Assembly: GCA_037379345.1 (NCBI GenBank)
Contig: CM074519.1
Span: 30,282,103 to 30,346,102 of the forward strand
Source of the DNA: Perna viridis
Taxonomy: Eukaryota
Direction: 5' to 3'
DNA: 64,000 nt
The notes under the pieces were generated by a model, which worked only from the letters and a program-made list of their open reading frames with translations, ran no database searches and was not told where the DNA came from. Positions 57,101 through 64,000 of the stretch are shown in pieces (position 1 is the stretch's first letter; the number at the start of each line of letters is the position of its first letter). Made by a program: the position numbers and the translations under genes.

Positions 57101-58026
57101 CATAGAGCATCAAACTATGTTATAAAATATTATAATTGTCATACTTTATAAGGAGATAGAATAATATAAGCTTTGCTTGTTTCATGGTCCAGTGTGTATT
57201 GTACTGTGTAAAATCCAAACAGAAATGTATTTGACTGAATAAATATGTTTAAACAAAATCCCAGATTCAGTTTAATTTCTATTGGTATCTAGGTATTTAC
57301 GTTATAATAAATCAGAATTCGAGAAGTGAACCATACAGTGGCCCATTTATTAGTTTTTTTTTAATTGAAGCAGACAGACGTGATTGAGTGCCCCAAAATT
57401 AAAGTTATGGCATTGTAAATGTTAAAAAAATGCACATGTTTTAATGCAAACTACAAAGTTCACAGTTTATGTATTGTAAGATCTATTACAAAATTCAGCT
57501 TTGTCATGAACCACCGAGAATCCCCGATTAATGATCAAATTGAAAACGTTTTATTTGAAGTCCAAGCAAATAAAGACAAATGCAATTGAAATATGTATAA
57601 TTATTGTATGTACAAAAATATATCTCAAAACCCTACGTCTTTTCGTCAAAACGTAAGGTTGACTCGACACTTTACATGTGTCTTTGTTCATAAACGGAAA
57701 CTACACAAATTGCCCGGATCAATCAATAGTTTAAATATGTGTAAATTTGCAACTTAAACTCATTTTGCAAAGCCTATAATGCAGATCGAATCGAAAAAGT
57801 CGTGTGTATTTTATTTGATAATCTATACAGAATGTTTCGATATACGTTTTGATAATCTACGGCGCCTCATTATCTCTTAATCACTGAAAATGCACTAAAA
57901 TGCAACCATTTGTAGAGGCACTTTTGTTCTGTGATTAAATAATCAACTTTTGTCGGCAAAAGTTATTTTGCACATTTTTGGAATTCTATACGAGTGGTCT
58001 TTACATGATACTTGTTTTCAAGTACC
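54143..58026. mobile_element. DNA transposon remnant with long (~290 bp) TIRs and TA flanks, containing nested LINE and Penelope fragments
   Basis: 54143-54432 is a diverged reverse complement of ~57725-58026; TA at 54141-54142 and 58027-58028. Confidence 0.75.
55130..57256 (+). mobile_element. CR1-group LINE, 5'-truncated RT fossil with 3' UTR
   Basis: KASGPD, FPSSWKRANVTPVFK, RPISLL, FCDISKA..VWHKGL, AGVPQG..LGPLL, RLFAD motifs. Confidence 0.9.
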
Positions 58027-58039
58027 TACAATGAACGAT

Positions 58040-58322
58040 TTCACGCCAGATTTCTAACAAATAGGCTTCTGGAAAAGAGTTATGTTGCTACAAGATTGAA
58101 GTCATCACTACAGAAGTTTTATGGTCGTCTACATGATGTTATGGTTCGTTACGATGTATCCATCTGCGCCATGAAAACTGATTTGTTCAACGTATCATAG
58201 TTTTCCTCTTTCGTCTACCCCGGACTTGCCTTGTTATGAGCAACTGGGCGGGTGTTTCTAGAAATGCAGAGGACGCTAACCCTACCGGTGCACATGGTCC
58301 ATGCTACCAGTTTTGGTGGAGT
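58040..58322 (+). mobile_element. Penelope-like family 1 fragment; further remnants at ~12650-12935, 47090-47480, 53195-53328, 54650-54762 and 62075-62190
   Basis: RLKSSLQKFYGR..MKTDLFNVS and partial 3' UTR. Confidence 0.8.
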
Positions 58323-60055
58323 AAATTTATCTTTCAATCGATATATACTATAGCCGTACACCCACTAGGTCCATTCAAGTTCGAAAAAATCCGTAGGCAT
58401 CCGCAGCACTAGATGCTGGGCGGTAAATGTTTGTATTATTTAATAAGGTTTTTAAAAAGCACTACGCGAAAACACAATTTCAAGGTAAAATAGTATTTTT
58501 TTCGCCAAATAACTTATGCAGGCAGAATGTTGATCTTTAATACGTAAAACTTCTAAACTTTGATTTTTATCTCATTTTAAGGCTGACATTACTTATATGT
58601 AGTATACGCAATTTAAAACTATTAATTTGTGCATGGTCTATCTTTCCGTCGATCAGTCTATCGCACAATTTTCCGAATTTCGTCTTAACGATTGCAATTA
58701 TTCGGGTAATTTGTTTTATGCGTCTGTCTCTGTTTTGGTTACAGATTTTGTTAATTTTTTATTCCGCTTTAATATTGTTTGACAAAAACTATATGTGTTC
58801 GGCTAAGTATATGATTTTCAATAGCACTCTTTATGATTTTTAAAGCGTCTAGATATCAAGATATTTATATATATATGTGGTTACATCATTATGAGTTAAA
58901 GATCAATTATATTTTTTTCAGTTTCATTATTTATCGAAACTGTGGGCTTGACCAAAGATTTAGACTTTTCAAATAATTATATCTTTCTTGTCATTTACTT
59001 CAAATTCACTTGTCTGATCCATTTGCTAACTTGGCAATAGGAGATGTTTATAAGCGACTAATTTTCCAATCTATTTAGATAGTTTTTGGATGGTTTGTTT
59101 TTTAAACAAATTAAGGAAAACTTCCTGACCGGCAACTTTATTTATAATGTCCCCGAAACTAAAGGGAATAATATTGTCCGTCATTCATCCATCAGTACGT
59201 CTGTCCACCCGTTATGTAGATCAAGCATACGTTGTTATCGAGTTTGGAACCTCTCCGACATCAACTGCCTGCTTCATGGGACTTTGCCAATTTACCACTT
59301 TACAATCTTAAAGAATACAAGAGAATATTTTCGTCATACAAATAAAAGCTTCCACTGGACATATTGATTTCAATGTAGAAGGGGCAATAAAAGTTTACAT
59401 TGGCCTAAAATACAAATGGAAGTCAATTTATGAAGTGTTGAAAAAGTTAGACGTTAATCTATAACAAAGAAGAAAACTAAAGACTGATGATTCTTGCATT
59501 AAAAGGACAAAATAATTACTTGAAGTTTACCACAATTCTGATATTCTGTCATTGTCGCACTTTTGATCATTTTCCAGTTATTTATGGCAAAGAAATGATG
59601 TCGTCACCAAAGAAACAACTTACATTTTAGTGAATGCATTTATAAAATAAAATTGCTTTTTGTGTGTGGACATAATTTTCCAGATCGATGCAAGTAGTTC
59701 CCAAAAAAAACCAACTTTTACAATTTTCAATAAGATTGTTAAATTACTTATAAACTGTGGCACCATTATGACGTCTTACAAAACACTCTTTTTCCTAATA
59801 TTTATATATTGTATTTTTTTGAATGAACGATTTAGATGCATTTACAACAAAGTCCATATTTTTTGTAATATCCATTGGCGATTTCCAATACAACTTTTGT
59901 GTCTGGCTTTATATTATTACCACATACGTGGGTACTGATTTTAGTTGCCCTCCAATATAAAATGCCTGTTTCTTGGGACTTTCCCATTTTAGACTTTATA
60001 CATTGATAGGGAAGATATTCGTCAAAAAACTTTCTGTTTAAATTAACTTCCAATA

Positions 60056-60500
60056 TAAGCTCACCTGTCCCAAAGGGTCAAGTGAACTATTGCAATCAGA
60101 TGGTGTCCCTTGTCAGCGGTAAACATTTGTTTAAATAGCTTGACATGTTTTGGAAGAAGTGGCCATTAACGTTTCTTGTGATATTTTTGTGGAAAAAAAC
60201 GAGTTTCAATTCATGATCGATTAGAAAATATAGCCACTGTTCCTATTAATATGATATAGGGAGAAAGCCACTCATTTCACGGTAGATATCAAAACCTATG
60301 ACAATTAGAAAAATAGAAAGCCATCTATTTTCCCTCGGCTTTAACAGTACTACATAGGGTCAAATTTGTAGGACTTATCTTATCGTAGTTATTGACATTG
60401 AAAGGCAACCAGCGAGATTTTTGCTTACTACTTTTGGCATTTTCCTAACAGCTAAAATGCATAGCACAAAAAACTTTAAATTGATGAAACGGTCCTCATG
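60056..60500 (+). mobile_element. Degenerate HINE-like element, 5' part
   Basis: Starts AGCTCACCTGTCCCAAAGGGTCAAGTGA, the HINE-type 5' hairpin. Confidence 0.45.
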
Positions 60501-60789
60501 ATAAAGTCTTCGAACGCCTTCATTGGGTTTTATTTGTAGGATGATTCTTTGGTAGAGCTCTTTGTTTCATCCTGGACCGTCCTGTTTTCGCACAGAAACT
60601 TAACAAAAACGTTTGCACTTTTGGAAAAAGTGTGAATATCTATAGTGGTTAGTTCTCATTTTTGTTTTTGATGCTTTTATGTTTCGCACAATAACTCAAA
60701 AGTTATTGCGCCAAAACATGTTGATGCAAGAATGCATATACTTACATAATCAAGTCTAAAGTACCCCCAAAATCTGGAATCGATGCGAG

Positions 60790-61345
60790 GCTGAAAATTT
60801 GCGATGCAAATTTGGTCGCTTTCTCGGCAGGATTCGAACCCCTTCTGCTCTGACATGTATGGCAACACCACCTGCCTTAAGTCCAACAGTCATATATGGG
60901 CAAACAAAAAAAAAAATCTGCAAAGTTGACAGTTCTTACATCGTTGGGAATTTTTCAGACAATTACATGTCAACATTAATTTCCCTGTTTGAATATGATG
61001 CCAGGAGGTATTTAGTAAATAGAGTCGTTATATTCTGAGAAAGATGTTAATGTATATTGATTTTTTTGTGACATGTATCGTTAACTTGATCCTGTACAAT
61101 AACAATTAGAGCTTACCTGTACTACCACTTATGCTGAGTTACAACTCTAAATTCAATATACGTGGAGAAACGACCCGGCCAGCAAAAACTATATATTATA
61201 TAGCCTAGCTGTCGAGCGGTGTATAGTGCTTGACTTAGTGCAGGTGGTATTGCCATAGTTGTCACTGGGGTAGGTGTTGAAGACCCGCAGAGGGAACAAA
61301 ATCATTTGCTTTGCAAATTTGACATTTCTAACATCGTTGGAACTT
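60790..61345. repeat. Degenerate tRNA-like repeat copies (inverted and direct fragments)
   Basis: Homology to the 22230-22676 arms. Confidence 0.7.
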
Positions 61346-61410
61346 TCCGTCTCATATGTACTCACATCATTCCTAGCACTGAAGGTCATAATTTGACTAA
61401 CATATTTGCT

Positions 61411-61905
61411 CGTGTCAAAAGAGTAGGCCTGCAGCAGCGCCAAGTTTGTCGTAAAAGGCGACTAAATAGTGCTCAGAAACCTAGCCAGGGGCTAGGCGCT
61501 CTGCCCACAGAGCAACTGGGATGTGTGCCCCAGGTGGTGGAATGGGGTACCCCTGGCGTGTTACAAGCTGGGGTTGTCAGGCTATAATACGGAAAACCTG
61601 ACTGCAAACCATAGTGGTGCGCCGTGTTGGGAAAGATGCCACGTTCCTCGCACGTTAAAGAACCCTGCTGTGGTATTCGATAGGAGTAGGAACCTTTGTG
61701 CTTTGCCACAGGAGGCTAAATTGCCAGACTTTACCCATCCCTCCCCTTTTTCTTGTGGCAATCGGAATTTGTCGACCTTATTGTCCTTGTGTCCCATCCC
61801 ATTTTTCATTTCATATTCATTTTATCATTCATTTCATGTTCATCATCTGAATATAGCTGAAATATTGCTGCTCGGACGTTAAACCCCAACATTCAATCAA
61901 TCAAT
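61411..61905 (+). mobile_element. Second copy of the SINE-like element
   Basis: Colinear with 45668-46192; (CAAT)n tail; degenerate TSD CAT.TTTGCT. Confidence 0.85.
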
Positions 61906-64000
61906 CATTTTGCTGGTTTAAATTCCCTTATAAAATCTTTATCAGGTATCGCTGTACAATCCTTTAGACTTGTATATTGTTTGCTGGTTTGTGTTATATC
62001 GTCATGACTCAATGATCCCATACCTATTATGTTTACTAGTTGGTAGCTTCCTTTAGACTGTATAATTATTTGTGAGAACCGATTTGTTCAACTTTTCATA
62101 GCTTTCTTTCGTCTTTCATCCTACCTGAACGTGACATTTCATGAGAAAATCGGATGGTATTTCTAGAAATGCAGAGGACGCTTACTCTAGCCAGTCAGTA
62201 TTGCAGTATTTTTATAAGGGTATGGTGTCACTTCTAATTTGTGGTCATCAGATTATAGCATTTATCTAAAATTGTGTAATTCTAATCAAAGTAACTGATG
62301 GGTGTGTTTTAAATAACCTGTAAATTGTAAAAAGCGGCTTTGTTTAAATTGAGGTTCATTTTCCTTGCCAGGTGTCTAATGTTGTATTTTTCTGTCCTTG
62401 TGGATCTTGGTAAAGAAAATGCGTTTTATAGTTTTGCCGATTGTAAGATATTATGCTATACACTGGAAATATAAAACTTTAATGTTTAATAAGTTTGTAT
62501 ATATCTTCTTTAAGTACAAACTTTTTGTTGCACTTTTCTCTGCAACTTTTTATCAGCCATAATCTTATTTGTTTTGAAAAAGATTTATTTCCGGTATATC
62601 ATTTTGAAACCAGTTAGCCATCCATATCAGTTCACTGTTTGTCGATATTGTTTACAATGTGAACAGAGAACTGTTTAAACACAATGAGCATGTCACAATT
62701 ATCTTAACAATAACTTAATAATTCGTGCGTATAAGAAATTATCAATGGTGAGCTATATTTTTGACCATACATGTTGATATAGGAAACCTCAACTTTCTGT
62801 TTAAAAAGGGAAGGAATGTCACTAGTAAGGGAAGACTCACGGTACATCCCGTTATTGTTTGCTTAATTTTCTTTCTGAGACGTACAGGTAATAATATTGC
62901 TGTTTTCTTGTTGACAGATGTTCCAATAGTACATGGTCCTTGGGTTTACTTTATTGGTAATAGTGTTGATGGTGAAGGTGGTGTAAGTGGCAATGATAGT
63001 TACAGATGCGGTATAGAGTTTAAATCAGTTACACGGTTACGTGTGATTGTAAGGTGACAGTGGTAAAAAAGTTGTATCTTGTCGTTTATTCCATATGTCG
63101 ATTGTGCCGTAGCAGGATATGATCTATGGCAAACGGCATGGTATACATGGATTATTATCCAGCCCATAACATCATTGTAATTCGACATGGGCATTCCATA
63201 TTAAGCACATGGATGTTTAATCATGAAACAATGCGTTCATTCATTGCATTTATGACCTTAACCCTTGATTTCAAGATCAACATCATAGCTTTTTGTCACA
63301 TGGTTCCTGGTCTGGGACGCCAAAAGACAATTTGTTGAGTACATGCATGTTTTTTTATAGTACCGGTGAACTCTGAACTAAAATTAAAATTATTAGATTT
63401 GGATTATTCGCACCATATTTGGCACATGGATATATGACCATGATACGATGTACGGTTCAAAATGATGTATAGGAATCACTCTATCCGTCTGTTTGTCTGT
63501 CTGTCTGGGCAGATTTATGACCGGGCCATACCTTCCTTGTGCGACCATATATGGCACATTTCTTGTCTTGGACACAACTGCTTTGTCTTTTGATGTTTGC
63601 TTTCTACTTTTAGTGTGTGGGGAATCACCTTCAGACAATGTTTTGACAATATTTTAATATCAATACCATTTATCACCTTAATATGTCATTGAAAGTTTTT
63701 TCACCATAGTGTTACAATGTTTAAGCGTAAGTGTCTCAAGTCAGCACAAACAATATGTGGATGGCGGCGGTATCGTTTGTACGTTTACTCACAATCAAAA
63801 GTCCAAACTTGAAATTATGATGAATTATTGTGTAATAAAAGCGTAGCCGTTAATACGGTTGTAATTTAACCGGCGCTATAGCAACACCACTTAATCGAAA
63901 AACCTCTTTTTTAACAATGTATTATTGCTTTTAGATAAATCATATAGTATACAGAATATCAAAGTAGGTACACTGACCTCATAAAAACTCTTGTTAGGGT

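Noticed and set aside
62918-63060. Possible + strand exon (DVPIVHGPWVYFIGN...)
   Set aside because: A plausible acceptor and a GTAAGT exist, but there is no recognisable domain or partner exon in the window.

Overview
AT-rich, repeat-dense eukaryotic DNA. The repeat families look molluscan (bivalve-like); this is inferred, not database-checked. The left 36 kb holds the 5' part of one large minus-strand gene. I traced it by hand as 19 GT-AG exons with consistent phases, from an ATG at 36244 down to 215 (7053 nt, about 2351 aa), and it continues off the left edge. Architecture: signal peptide, F5/8 type C (discoidin) domain, four right-handed beta-helix modules, EGF/laminin-EGF repeats, IPT/TIG domain. 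The introns and the right 28 kb are a nested mosaic of mobile DNA: Penelope-like (probably Naiad-type) RT fragments with a structured 3' end, CR1-group LINE fossils, a structured tRNA-less SINE-like element, a tRNA-Leu-like repeat that forms a foldback, Helentron-type (HINE-like) elements and several TIR elements. Most notable: about 14 identical 124-bp copies of an exon/splice-donor junction inside the gene, a uORF that is a diverged copy of the signal-peptide exon, an inverted paralogous pseudo-exon at 52.2 kb, and conserved RNA-like folds in two retroelement families. No prokaryotic features or CRISPR arrays.
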